64,000 nucleotides of DNA from Epithemia pelagica (lineage: Eukaryota > Protista > Bacillariophyta), in contig OX337229.1 in assembly GCA_946965045.2 (NCBI GenBank), positions 3,844,001-3,908,000 on the forward strand. Reading direction: 5' to 3'. Position 1 is the first letter of the stretch. Every line of letters begins with the position of its first letter. The notes under the pieces were generated by a model that saw nothing but the letters and a program-made list of their open reading frames with translations, was not told where the DNA came from and searched no databases. Positions 31,492-43,074 of this stretch are shown here, one piece after another. Position numbers and translations under genes: made by a program.

Positions 31492-32562
31492 TTACATGCG
31501 GAACAGTCTTTTCATTCCAGAAAGTACCGCGGTGATAACTTTATCAAGCCACAGTTCATCCACCGGATCTGGAGAACGTGCTTCTCCGGGGCGCACGCTA
31601 TGATCTGGTTCCTCTTCTTCATCTGGCACCTCTTTTCTCGTTTCAGCTTCTTCCACAACCGAAAACACATTTTTGAATGGGTCTTCCTCCTCAACAGCAG
31701 TTGATGATGGCAAACTGGGTTTCGTCCATGATGACTTCAAGCTTTCAGCAAGAACCGTGACATCAATTTCGCCGATTTTGGACCCAGCTAAAAGTGCTGC
31801 CCCGCCAATGACCAACGTAGCGGCGATTTTCGCAAACAACCGTTTCGATGCACGAGGGCTTACCGAAAGACTGTCCTTGTACCAGTTGGGAGGAAGTCCC
31901 TCCATTGGCCGGCGCACGTCCTTGGCAACAATAATAGACGCAATTTCTGGCCGTATAACTTCTAGATCACTCGCCTTGTAATTCAAGTCTTTCATCATTA
32001 TTTTTTTCATCTCATCAGTGATTGTGCTCGACAGCTCAATTGTTTGCTCTTCACCCTGATGATTGTCATCTCGTTTTGCTGGTGCACTTCCGTCAGTGGC
32101 TGTGGACTCGCCTGATTTAGCTTCAGATGGTTCCGAGCTAAACTCATAACCAGGGGCATTAAAGTCGACTGAGGGAGGCTCTTCTTCCTCCTCATCATAC
32201 GCATCAGCATATTCCATGCGATCAACGTTGGCTGAACTGTCTTCATCGATCGAGGGGTCATCTACGAACAATTGTTCTTGGACAACATCATCGGTTGGTG
32301 AAGTTTCATCATAAGCGGTACTGTTAGCACCATCGGTAAACTCAGGCTCTGAGCGACTATCTTCGTCGCTCGAATTTTGCACTGGCTGGGTTGGTTCATC
32401 GTTTGGAGTGTCGCTCGTCAAGCTACCACCTCGTCGTATTATTGGTGGTTTCAGCGTGAAAGTGTGTTTCGAGGATTTGGACAGTATCCTCCAGGCATCT
32501 GACCGTTCCACAGCTAACATGGCCATTAGATGAACCAGGTTTAGGTTTCGAAGATGTTTCAT
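31492..32562 (-). CDS. Hypothetical secreted/membrane protein, acidic, one TM
   Basis: Leader peptide, D/E/S-rich body, ITDEMKKIMMKDLNY...IRPEIA...RRPMEGLPPNW motif, then a hydrophobic helix. Confidence 0.7.
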   Translation of the reverse strand: MKHLRNLNLVHLMAMLAVERSDAWRILSKSSKHTFTLKPPIIRRGGSLTSDTPNDEPTQPVQNSSDEDSRSEPEFTDGANSTAYDETSPTDDVVQEQLFVDDPSIDEDSSANVDRMEYADAYDEEEEEPPSVDFNAPGYEFSSEPSEAKSGESTATDGSAPAKRDDNHQGEEQTIELSSTITDEMKKIMMKDLNYKASDLEVIRPEIASIIVAKDVRRPMEGLPPNWYKDSLSVSPRASKRLFAKIAATLVIGGAALLAGSKIGEIDVTVLAESLKSSWTKPSLPSSTAVEEEDPFKNVFSVVEEAETRKEVPDEEEEPDHSVRPGEARSPDPVDELWLDKVITAVLSGMKRLFRM

Positions 32563-32981
32563 TGTTGTTTTCTAACTTTGCAACCAGCGTTCTTCTTCCC
32601 TTCTTTCAAAACCCAACGCCGCCATTGCTCCTGATTGCAGTGGTATCCATTGGATCGAAGATCAAAACTCGAGAAGTCGGCACTCATTTTAGCTTTTAGC
32701 TTTTTACAGCTCACTACTTCATCCTTTGGATGGGGAGTGCGAGCAATTCGGTAGCGCGACCGCGGTCGCATCGACATAGTAGAACAGATGGATGGAAGAC
32801 GAAAAATCTGAATCCATTCCCATTTGCATCTTCTTCGTCGAACGTAATAATGCCACAGTCCGTGACATGGAACAAACGCGATCCTTCGAACCATCATCGA
32901 TTACGCTCCAACTTCCGTACGAATCGTTGAGAGAGAGGACTGTGCAAACTTGGGTCTGTGCTCACAAAATCTGAAACGAGA

Positions 32982-33749
32982 ATGAAACTAAGAAGCTCGT
33001 GTTTTCTTGTGACTATTGCATCCACTCCCGTTCTATCGTTCCAGCATATTGTTCGTCGATCTTTCCTTTCAAGCCCCAGCAAAATACATTCCGCAATGAC
33101 AGCTCAAGAAGAACGAAGTGGCCAGACTGGCGAAATTTGGGACGGATTTGCGTCGAGTTACAGTAAACAGCCCATTGCCGATGAAGATGCGTACGAACAA
33201 AAGTTAAAAGTCACTCAAAAATACCTTACACCAGACATGAACTTGCTTGAATTTGGATCAGGAACAGGAGGGACAGCCATACGTCATTCTCCGTTCGTGA
33301 AGAGCATCCTGGCAATTGATATCAGCGCCAAGATGGTCGAGATCTCCAAACAGAAAGCAGAGGAAGCAAAGGTCACAAATGTTGAGTTTCGACAATCGTC
33401 CGTGGATCAACTTGAACTCCCTGATAGCAGCCAGGATATGGTGTTGGGCTTATCGGTCCTCCATCTCCTAAAAAATCGTGACGAAGCCATTGCCAAGACG
33501 TACCGGTGGCTCAAGCCGAATGGCTTGTTCGTCACTTCAACCATTTGTATCGGTGACATGGGGTTTGGTACAAAATTCTTCATGAAGACAGTCATGCCTC
33601 TGGGACAATTCTTTGGTTTTGTGCCCAACATCAATTTGATGACCCGAGATGAACTAAAGCAAAGCCTGACAGACGGTGGGTTCAAGATTGAGCATGAATG
33701 GCAACCCAAGAAGGATGCCGCCGTTTTCATTGTCGGCCGAAAAGTTTAG
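32982..33749 (+). CDS. Class I SAM-dependent methyltransferase with targeting leader
   Basis: LLEFGSGTGGTA (motif I), AIDISAKM, DMVLGLSVLHLL and WLKPNGLFVTST; intronless. Confidence 0.9.
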   Translation: MKLRSSCFLVTIASTPVLSFQHIVRRSFLSSPSKIHSAMTAQEERSGQTGEIWDGFASSYSKQPIADEDAYEQKLKVTQKYLTPDMNLLEFGSGTGGTAIRHSPFVKSILAIDISAKMVEISKQKAEEAKVTNVEFRQSSVDQLELPDSSQDMVLGLSVLHLLKNRDEAIAKTYRWLKPNGLFVTSTICIGDMGFGTKFFMKTVMPLGQFFGFVPNINLMTRDELKQSLTDGGFKIEHEWQPKKDAAVFIVGRKV

Positions 33750-33813
33750 AGCCGATAATCGTATCTTTTAACCGCACAAGTCAACAATACATCGCTATCT
33801 TCAATTTTCTTTG

Positions 33814-36800
33814 TTAGCTTGACGCAACGAGTTGCACCAGGAACGCGTTGTCACGAGTTGCCCTGTCGACTGCAATCTGGCCAGCGGCAAGGATACCCCC
33901 TTGCTCTGCCTTCTCTCTCATGGACAAAGCCTCCTCGCATCGTGCAACGGTGGCGGGGTCTCGTTTGGAATCATTCTTGCGGCGTCTACAGAGAACCCTA
34001 TACAGAACTTCTTCTCCAGCCTCCATCATGGCCATGGTCAAAGGGCACTTATTACTGGCTCCCATGGAAACAGAATCATGAAGAGTTTCCATCTCACCAA
34101 CGACTGCAGCATACAACGAATAAGCAAGTAAAGCAGCAGACCTGCGAACGGGTCTCACCGACTCAAACGTGAGGCAGTTGATCACACAATCCATCAGTCC
34201 GGCACAAAATGGGGCAGAAACGACGGTATCTGCTTGAAGAACAGCTTCAGTTGCGAGGGTGATCATTGCAGCTCGAACAAGAGCTGGCTCTTCAACCTGA
34301 AATACCGGACCACCTGTATTGAGGCGGATCTTCTTCTCTTGCCAGTCATTAATTTCATCTTCGCCCCGCAGGACGTCGTTTCCTTCGAAGAAATTGACTG
34401 TCTTGTTGATTATGGGTGCTTCTTTCGTATCGCCATGGTTCGAGGGCGGTATTTCAGTTTTACGAAACAACAACATACCAAAGACACTTGCAGCATAGTC
34501 GTGAAGCACAGACGGAAAGCGCCGAAGGACAGCAATGGCTACTTCCGCTAGTTTGACACGTTGGTCAGGTTGAAGTGGATGAGCTTCTCCTGATATGACA
34601 AGCTTGCCTGTTGATATCGCCTCGACTATGACCGGGAAAACTCGAAGCGAAGATGACATGAAAGCAAGCGCATGAATCGCAGCCAGATACACATAAGACT
34701 CTGAGTCCGCCAAGGCCCCCACAAGAAGCACAAAAATATCATCCTTGTTTGAACCATTGGCTTCCTTCTCTCGTTGAACATCAGATACTTCTTGCATCAC
34801 TCTCACCTCAACCAACTGATTCTCGGACAGTTCAACTTCTGACGCCAACACTTGTCGAAGAAGTGCAACCCCACGTGCCCTTATCGGAGGATCAGTCGAT
34901 TGAAGATCGCGCTGTGCTTGACTAAGGATTCCCTCATGCGTGTCCTCTTCAAGACCCCTGGGAAGCGAATTCTTGTCCTTTTTGCGCAGGGCAATCAGAA
35001 CCAAAACATGGCTCGCTGCTTCACTTATTTCAGTCCAAAGACCATAATCGACACCCACTTTACGCATGGAGCTGACTCGCGCCAACGCTTCAAGGCTCGG
35101 TATCAAAGAATCTATATCGCTTTCTTCCTGTGGTGATCTTTTGTGTGCAGCAAGTTCCAACATACAGGTGAGCATGTTGAGTAATAATCCAGCCAGAGAG
35201 GGTCCAAACTCTGACACCGATTCGCGGTTCACTATGAACGGAAACTGATCTTGTTTCCCGATTGGTAAGCGAATGACAAGTTCAGAAACAATGGCTTCCG
35301 CTCTTCCGAATGTTGTTGGGAGACTTGATAGAGTGGAACTAGATGATTCCTTGTTTTCATGAAACGTGGATAAACTTTGAAAAACAGTTTGAAAAAGCCT
35401 CAGGAGCCCAAACTGGCCGTTCTCACCACCTATCAATGATTCAAGAGGACATGATTCACACAGGATTGGGATTGCTGTCATGGCCGTCAACCACAATGAA
35501 TTCTGCCCTTGTGGATGGTCAGCGAGAACAAGGTCCTCCAAGCGTAGGTATACCTCCAGTAGAAACTCGAGCAAAAGAGATGGTAGACGAGACAATGGGG
35601 TTGTACTTGTACCATTGGCCGTCCCGTTTTCAATGGCGCTTTTCTTCTTGGCCGCGATGACGTTCCGGAAAGTGAACTCGGCAATTCTTTGAATGTCCCC
35701 AACTGCCGATTCGATCTCAGTCGGATGAGACTCATCCAAGTACGAAACAACCGCACTAGTAGTAGTGCTTAAAGTTTCGTCCGAGGACTGTTCAACCAAA
35801 GTCGAAGTCGGAAATCGAAAACGCATTGGTGCAAGGTCCCAATCGGTTGGGGCCAGGGAATACAGTAGAGCGACAATGGCCACACACGTACCGTCCACGT
35901 GTACTTTCTCCCCTTTCGAATACATAAACTCTGATAGTGAAATGAATTCAACCATCAGACGAGCGGCCTCAAGCGCATCAAGTTTGGCTGAGTCTTTTAT
36001 GACTACGGGCGCACATGATAACCTCAAAAGAACACCCAGGATCGTAACGTGTATACCCGACCGAGTGAGGTTTAAGGGTATGTCCCTCATAGGTCGCAGT
36101 AACACTAAACGGCAGAATCGAGATCGATCTACTCCTGGGGGAACTGTTGAGAGAAGCTTCACGATCCGCCGCACATTCTGGTGAATCGACACTTCATAAC
36201 CACCACTTTCGTCGTTGGAATCTGACTTGCACCAGAAGGTCCTTTCAAACGGCTTGAAAAAGTAGCGTACCACAACATTGTCAGGTAGTCTATCCAATGT
36301 CATCCAAAGAAACTGTATTGTCGCAGCTTCAAACTTTTGATTCGAATTTTCTATGGAACGGTCGAGAACCATGAGAAGTTGATGTGCCAAAAGCGAAAAG
36401 AAATCGTCTCCGGCGCTTGCTGTCGCGCATGTACCGTTGTCGTCCTTCCGTTGTCGAAGAGTCAAGGCTTTTGACAAACGCAAGGCAGCCGCCGATCGAT
36501 CCTCTGGCGCCGAAAGCACGAAAACGTCAATTACCGCGTACAGTCTAGTGGTAGCCAAATGATTGAGAAGAGCCCCACTTCGCTTGCGCAGCCAGACGGG
36601 TCCTTTCCGTCCCTCTACTAACAAATCTTGAAATGCACGAGCGACAAGACTAGGGTTGTCTCCCATGAAGCTTCCATCCTCATTCAGCAGTATGCCTTTT
36701 AATGATACAAATGAAGAGCCATACTTTGTTCCAGATACTTCCGATATATGCCGGTTTGAATCCAGAATATGTTCCGTCTGAAGCAACGCCGCATAAACAT

Positions 36801-37557
36801 CGGTCAAATGACGGGGCAAAAGCATGGGTCGAAATCGGTCCAACAAGACAAGGTTACCCATAAGGATAGAGCTGCACATCAATTCTTCTAGTCGTCGTTC
36901 TTCTCGATGAGAATGAGTACGGTTGTCGTCTTTCGGTAAACTGCGTTGGGACGATGCCAGATGGAATGCGTTGATCGGAGCCCTGCCTCGAAGCGATCGT
37001 GGTAGGCATTGGAGCCGATACGTCAAGGGCGGACGAACATGACGATCCAAAAGGGGAAGAATGCTGATACAGACAGTACACTCGAGCAGAATGGCAATAT
37101 CGGTGTAATTTTGTATGGACAACATTCCTGGTGGTGGTCGTGGATGATGTTTCGGTTTATGGTTATCTTGACGTTTTGGCGTCGGTAACGAATCAAAAAA
37201 CTCATAACATCTCCCCAAGTTCTTCAAGAGAGGGACGATTATCTCGTCGACAGTGAGTTTCCAAATACATGACGAACTGGACGCATTTTGGCAAATTTTG
37301 GGAATGGTGTTCCACAAACTAGCGGAAGAGGATTCGAACAGTGCGTCAATATCATTGCTGAGTTCTTCGATTTCAAGGCCAATGGTGCGTAAGTTATGGT
37401 GTGTTGTTTCGTTTTCCGCATCCACGTTTGTGTTCGTGTCGTGCTGTGTTTGATTTGGTGGAGAGACTCCGACACACCTCACTTCATCAATGAACTTTCC
37501 AATCAACAAAACCAGAGCACTTGTTAAGTGCTCCACATGTTCACAATGTTGCTCCAT
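33814..37557 (-). CDS. TANGO6: TANGO6/Rtp1-like HEAT/ARM-repeat protein
   Basis: 1247-aa helical ORF; C-terminal QRDLQSTDPPIRARGVALL...LADSESYVYLAAIHAL resembles the Rtp1/TANGO6 C-terminal motif. Confidence 0.65.
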   Translation of the reverse strand: MEQHCEHVEHLTSALVLLIGKFIDEVRCVGVSPPNQTQHDTNTNVDAENETTHHNLRTIGLEIEELSNDIDALFESSSASLWNTIPKICQNASSSSCIWKLTVDEIIVPLLKNLGRCYEFFDSLPTPKRQDNHKPKHHPRPPPGMLSIQNYTDIAILLECTVCISILPLLDRHVRPPLTYRLQCLPRSLRGRAPINAFHLASSQRSLPKDDNRTHSHREERRLEELMCSSILMGNLVLLDRFRPMLLPRHLTDVYAALLQTEHILDSNRHISEVSGTKYGSSFVSLKGILLNEDGSFMGDNPSLVARAFQDLLVEGRKGPVWLRKRSGALLNHLATTRLYAVIDVFVLSAPEDRSAAALRLSKALTLRQRKDDNGTCATASAGDDFFSLLAHQLLMVLDRSIENSNQKFEAATIQFLWMTLDRLPDNVVVRYFFKPFERTFWCKSDSNDESGGYEVSIHQNVRRIVKLLSTVPPGVDRSRFCRLVLLRPMRDIPLNLTRSGIHVTILGVLLRLSCAPVVIKDSAKLDALEAARLMVEFISLSEFMYSKGEKVHVDGTCVAIVALLYSLAPTDWDLAPMRFRFPTSTLVEQSSDETLSTTTSAVVSYLDESHPTEIESAVGDIQRIAEFTFRNVIAAKKKSAIENGTANGTSTTPLSRLPSLLLEFLLEVYLRLEDLVLADHPQGQNSLWLTAMTAIPILCESCPLESLIGGENGQFGLLRLFQTVFQSLSTFHENKESSSSTLSSLPTTFGRAEAIVSELVIRLPIGKQDQFPFIVNRESVSEFGPSLAGLLLNMLTCMLELAAHKRSPQEESDIDSLIPSLEALARVSSMRKVGVDYGLWTEISEAASHVLVLIALRKKDKNSLPRGLEEDTHEGILSQAQRDLQSTDPPIRARGVALLRQVLASEVELSENQLVEVRVMQEVSDVQREKEANGSNKDDIFVLLVGALADSESYVYLAAIHALAFMSSSLRVFPVIVEAISTGKLVISGEAHPLQPDQRVKLAEVAIAVLRRFPSVLHDYAASVFGMLLFRKTEIPPSNHGDTKEAPIINKTVNFFEGNDVLRGEDEINDWQEKKIRLNTGGPVFQVEEPALVRAAMITLATEAVLQADTVVSAPFCAGLMDCVINCLTFESVRPVRRSAALLAYSLYAAVVGEMETLHDSVSMGASNKCPLTMAMMEAGEEVLYRVLCRRRKNDSKRDPATVARCEEALSMREKAEQGGILAAGQIAVDRATRDNAFLVQLVASS

Positions 37558-39045
37558 ATCTCATGTTCTCCACAATCAAAATCACTTTCTAACCTTTGGA
37601 GTATTTTTTTTGCGTGGGTGTTTAAATGGGTGGCCAAAGCGCGACTGCAAACGGGTAACATTCCCCTTAAGGCTATCTCGGCGGTATCGTTTTAACCTTA
37701 CTGCACCTGTCAGCAAAGAAGATGCTACCGTTCTTCATGCTCATGAAATTCGCTCACTCTATACACCGCTCTTTGCTCTTTCGTTTCTACCGACACTCAG
37801 ACTTTGTTCTACTCTGATCCCCAAACAAGTACTACCTAGGTAGTCTATTTTAACGCTGTCGTGCTCACTCACGAGTGTGATTCGACCGACGCGCCCGGCC
37901 TCAAGACTAAAGAGGAGATGACAGAGGACTACGACAGGGCAGGAATGGTACAATTGTTATGGGGTGGTAGTAGAGTCGGAGGATGCATGGCTTTCCAAGT
38001 GGTAATCCAGATCCAGGCCAAGATTGAGGAGGAGGTAGTATGAGATTATGGAAATGAATAATGGATGCATGGATCTGGGGTTGGAGTGCCAGATGGTTTC
38101 CTTCTCACTACCGTCTCTGTCGTAACGTTAACGTGCGTATATAGGAGACTCTTGCATCTACCTACTCCACAATTTCAGGGGAGCGATATCACAACGACTC
38201 CTAGTCCTAGAGAGCATCCAGAATCCAGAAGTTGAGATTTGCCAAAGGGGAGTACGTCTTCTATCTTACTTTGGCCTCTTTCAGTATGGCAATTTGAAGA
38301 CCTGAATCCGAGAAAATTCGTAGGCTCGTGTGTCTGTCTTCGGCCATGAGTCGAGGGATTATGGATAGGAGTACATAGAGATGGAGTTGAGTCTACTTCC
38401 GATAACGCCAGATGACCCGTTACAACATTCTTAGGCCTTAAACGCCGCACAAGATCGCGCCGAGACCCGAGAAACAGCGTGGACGAGGAGCTCCGACCTC
38501 CGAAATGTGAGCCTACACGACCCAAATTTTCTTGGCGCCTTTACTGCAAACAGCAAAAACAAGATCCTTGTATGATCGGAGCATCACCCGGCGTGATCGA
38601 GCTCTTAACAGTGTACAGGAACGGACTCGCACGTGGATCTGTCAATCTTTGGATATTTTTTGCTTAGGCAAGAGAGTGAGGACTATAAGTAATCGTATGC
38701 CCAATGCATTCCCGGGGTGTCCTGAACGGAGTGCAGATTCTATAGAAAAACCTGTACAACGACAACTCCAATGAGATCTCTACGCTCACCGAGCGAAGAC
38801 TACATGCACGACTCTTGTAAGGATAATTAACAGGGGCACGTGCATCATTTCCCATGCCATGCTCGCGTTCCTAAGTACTGCGTGAGTTGTCGGTTTCGGC
38901 GAAATCGCTACATCCATCTTGTCTCTTGTTAATGAGCTCATCCTTTCGCCCTTTTTACATCTGGTATCGCACAAACAATTCTTCTCTGTAAACATCTTCA
39001 CGTTTGTTGCGCTGGAGCACGGCAAAGCAGAGACGAACATAGACC

Positions 39046-41584
39046 ATGAAGTTTCAGGCGGCAATTCTTGCCTTGGAGGCGTTCAGGAGAGTGGGAGGTT
39101 CAGCGCCTGATATGTTCGGTAATCTGCAGAACGTCCCCGACAAAGCGTTTAAGGACATTCCTCAGCTTGCGAAGAAAGATCGCCGAAGTCGAGCGAGACT
39201 TGCCGACAAGCTCTCGAAGGTAGCAAAACCAGTCGAGTCTCGTAACTTGAACAATGGTAATGACGATGGTAATGGTGCGCAATATCAAAACTATTGGAAC
39301 AAGAATATGGAAGCAGAAGATTTTGGTTTCGACATCTACTCTTACTCTCTCAAGTTCACGGGCTGCCACGCCGTCACCGGCTTCAATGAGGAGGTCGCTG
39401 CCGAGGAAAACTTCGACACTGTTTTGGGAACTCAGTCTTACGTGACGTTCAGGTTGTGCCAAACAGATCAGTGTCAAGGATCCGAAGGATACTCGTACGG
39501 TTGTACGGAGGACTATGGAGAGTACATGATCGACTTGGATGCCTATGTCGAAGCTCTTACGAACTACCGCCTCGAGAAAAAGGAATCATTCTGCGAGTAT
39601 TGTGAAATTTGTGCTGCAATGAAGGGGTACAAAGACTGGAATACAATGATGGTTGGAAGCATCCAAGCCCTTGTCACCAACGCCGAAGCCCAGTTTGAAC
39701 AATGGATGGGTAATTACGCTTACAACAACGCTTACAACAACGGAGGTTACTATGGTGGCAACTATGGTGGCAACTACGAAGGAAACCAAGGCTACGACGA
39801 AGAATTTCGCACTCAAGGTGAGATCGATTACTGGAAAACGGCCCAAAACAATTACCAAGCCGCTGGCGACCAAGACAATATGTATGGTGCTTACGGAAAT
39901 CAGTATGGAAACGGTAACAATGGCATGAATCTTGACGAGGTCTTTGGTGGATACGCCAAGTACTGGAATTATCAAGAAGAGTCCGACTATCAGCAAAACG
40001 ACTATCAAGAGAGTCAAGCATGGGCTTCGATCAACTCCAACTTTTACTCGTATTGTGGAAGACCTGTTCTCAACGGGTTCTTCGATGAATATGGTGACTT
40101 TATCCAAGCTTGGGGATATTTCGATGCGGACGGGGAGTATCAGAGTTTGGAGAATATTGAAGTTGTGGTTTGGGATGAAGATTGCCATGGAAAAATGCCC
40201 AATGGATGGGAGAACGTAATGGGAAATGACCCTGCCGAATTCCAGGAGTGTGACTACCAATATTCCCAATCTTGCAAGACTAACTACCTTGAATGTCAGT
40301 GCACGCTCTATTACGATGACATGGAAGAGCTCTACCAGCAACTCTCTGCCAACGCGAACGCAAACAATAATGGTAACGGTAACGACGATGCGCATGACGA
40401 CGTCATCTATGGATCAGGAACTAAGGTGTCGAAGTTTGAGCAAGCATTTGAGAAGCAAGAAGCAGAACTTTTGTACACACAGGCTCTTACATGTCAAAGG
40501 GTGGAATACTACGACCAGAACCAAGATCTCCAAGAAAACACGTACACGAATCAGCTCAACTATCAACAACTGTACGAACAAAAGCAGGCCTATCAGCAAG
40601 CGATGAACGAATGCCAGCAGTATGACGACTACGACACGTGCATTTACGCTGTTCAGGCACAGATTGATGCAGACATCTCTTACAATCAGTGGATCATTAA
40701 GTCGGCTTGGGACAAATATGCCAACCTTCAAGCCTTGAACGCCCAATATTACGTCGGTGCCTACTGCTCAGACAGCGAACACATTGGTCTTAAAGTCTTT
40801 TCGGACGAGAATTGCGCTGTTCCTCATCCCTCCGCAACTGTGGAAGATCTCCTCGGAAACATTGAGCTTGGTTACGATTTGGTGACTACTGATTGCATTC
40901 CTTGTCATGATGTAAGTACCTTGATTTATGTTTTTCACCCAACGAAACTTGGTAACCTCTCTCATCATTGATTTGTCTTCTATACAGGATCAATTTCAAG
41001 TCAATGCAGAATATCAAGGCGATGGAAACGATGGAGGCGATGGAAACGATGGAGGCGACGCCTATGACGATGCCGTAATCCTTGAATTCTGCTCTATGCT
41101 TTATCAGGTTTCTGCTAAATGTAACGAAAACCTTACACCAGCGAAGACTTATGACAACGACAACGGGTATTACCAAGACGGAGTCTACTACTCTTCAGCT
41201 TTCGCCTTGATGTACGGGTCCGAGCAACAGCAAGAAAACGAAAGACGCATATGTTCTATGATTGAATCTCTGAACTCTGGAACATACAAAGAAGATGGAT
41301 CCATCCAACTGGGCAACCTCGGTTGGTTTTCGGGAGAGAAGCTTCGAAACGAGCTTGCTTCCGCGTCTTCCGGAATGTCAAGCACGTTGAAAAATTTCAT
41401 CTTCGTGTTGGCTGTCTTTGCTGCCGCTTTGGCCTTGTGGGCAATGGTTCTTCACGGTGCATTGGCCCGCAAGACAGACCAGTGGCATCAAAGGGACCCG
41501 GTTGACCTTTCTCGTCAAGAATCTGGTATTGTGATGGGGCGCTCAAGATCTGGTCCAAATCATGGGGCATCTCCTCTAATTTAA
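39046..41584 (+). CDS. Silicanin-like (Sin1 family) type I membrane protein, 820 aa; 2 exons (intron 40912-40987)
   Basis: Signal peptide; RXL motif (SRNL); N/Q/Y-rich Cys scaffold (YSLKFTGCH, FRLC...C...GC..DYGEYMIDL, YYVGAYC, CIPC, CSMLYQVSAKC); TM helix and short cytosolic tail. Confidence 0.7.
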
Positions 41585-41817
41585 GGAATTGAGGGGTCTT
41601 CCGTTGTGTTTGCAATGTGTACTACTTGAATGATATGCGTCAAGTTGAGAGAGATGTCTTGCGTATAACATTACCAGCGACCTTTGAATCAAGAAAAATT
41701 GTTAATTTATATATATAATAATACTCTCCTTCGTCGTTATCTCAATATATTGTATGAGTAATGCTTGTCAAAGAAGAACCAGAACAACTACTGTTGACCA
41801 TGTACACCTCCCGTAAT

Positions 41818-43074
41818 TCATTCCGATTTGAGAGATATGGAGGCAGCAATCAACAGATGGTCACTTGGTTCCTTCGCATCGAGATTCGGAAAGGGTCCGG
41901 CAGCATTGTCTCTGTGAGGGAGTTCCAACACTTTATCCACTTTCCAATCCGATGAAAGGAAAATATAGTCAAGCGTATCTATGAAGGGTTCATCTTCTTT
42001 TATTCTGGCATAGTTTGTGAAATCAGGCTCGCGCCCCGTTTTAGCAGCATAGGCACTTTGAACACCCAGAGGCACCTTTGGTTCCCATTCCATGCCGTGA
42101 AGCGGAGAGGGGTAAAAGGGGCTGCTCTTGTCTATTTTCCCTGTTGTCAACAGTTCATACACTGCCTCCGTGGGTTTAATATTGAAATCTCCAGCGAGAA
42201 CAAAGGGTGCATCGTGAATCTTTGCAATTTGACTGACATGCTGAATCGCAAGTTCCGCGTGAATCGTCATGGACATTGGACAATAATACGCGCATGGCAT
42301 ATGGTATGTCCCAACCGAGAAAATTTTCCCCGATGTTTTGTCTTTTAAGCAGGCGTTGAGGAGAACATTGTTGCGTCGTTCGGCCAGGGCCCAGTGCTCG
42401 GGTGGGTCTTCCTCTTTCTTTTCGAGGCCCATGAACTTGATGGAACTAGAAAACATGTCCGTAACGCCCATCCAAAACGATTCCAGCAAGTTTCGTTCCG
42501 GCGCACGAGGCCACCCTTCCTCGCGTCGGTCTGACAGCCGCGAAATGTCAACATCGACAACATCAAAAAGACTTGTGGGCCAAGCCATGGCAACGCCCAT
42601 GTATCCACTGAATCGCTTGCCATAGAGACCTGTCACCATATGAAACCCTTGATTGGCAAAAAAGGTATGGAACTCGCCCGCCCAATCGTACGAAACTTCT
42701 TGCAAACAGACCACGACATTCTTGTCGTGCTCCGTAATTTCAGCTTTGAGTTTGTCCAGGACTACTAGGATTCGATTTTCTTCCTTTAAGTGCTCTTCAT
42801 TCAGTGTCGAAAAATGCGAAGGAGATGCCAAGTGTGATGAAAGCACATTGTATGTAATCACACGAAAGTTTAAGAATGAGGACGAGGGGGATGGTGTCGG
42901 GCGAAACATGGCTGGGTTGATGTTCGACGGTGAAGTCGAAGCCAACCCGCCAACCAACGTCACCCAGTACGAGCACAAAAGGAAGAACCGAAGCCACCCA
43001 AGACAACAAACCACACTACGAGTATCGGGTCGTTGTCGATCCCACCGCGTCTTGTTGCTTCGCCGAGCATCCAT
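41818..43074 (-). CDS. EEP-superfamily (CCR4/nocturnin/PDE12/Angel-like) phosphodiesterase
   Basis: TYNVLS, CLQEV, LAGDFN, TLDYIF and PSDH motifs. Confidence 0.88.
   Translation of the reverse strand: MDARRSNKTRWDRQRPDTRSVVCCLGWLRFFLLCSYWVTLVGGLASTSPSNINPAMFRPTPSPSSSFLNFRVITYNVLSSHLASPSHFSTLNEEHLKEENRILVVLDKLKAEITEHDKNVVVCLQEVSYDWAGEFHTFFANQGFHMVTGLYGKRFSGYMGVAMAWPTSLFDVVDVDISRLSDRREEGWPRAPERNLLESFWMGVTDMFSSSIKFMGLEKKEEDPPEHWALAERRNNVLLNACLKDKTSGKIFSVGTYHMPCAYYCPMSMTIHAELAIQHVSQIAKIHDAPFVLAGDFNIKPTEAVYELLTTGKIDKSSPFYPSPLHGMEWEPKVPLGVQSAYAAKTGREPDFTNYARIKEDEPFIDTLDYIFLSSDWKVDKVLELPHRDNAAGPFPNLDAKEPSDHLLIAASISLKSE

Noticed and set aside
31131-31603. Overlapping short P/H/T-rich ORFs
   Set aside because: Three competing low-complexity frames with no motif; may be a small gene but is unsupported.
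37800-39000. Several 60-116-aa ORFs in the TANGO6/silicanin intergenic region
   Set aside because: No motifs, repeats or TE hallmarks recognised.
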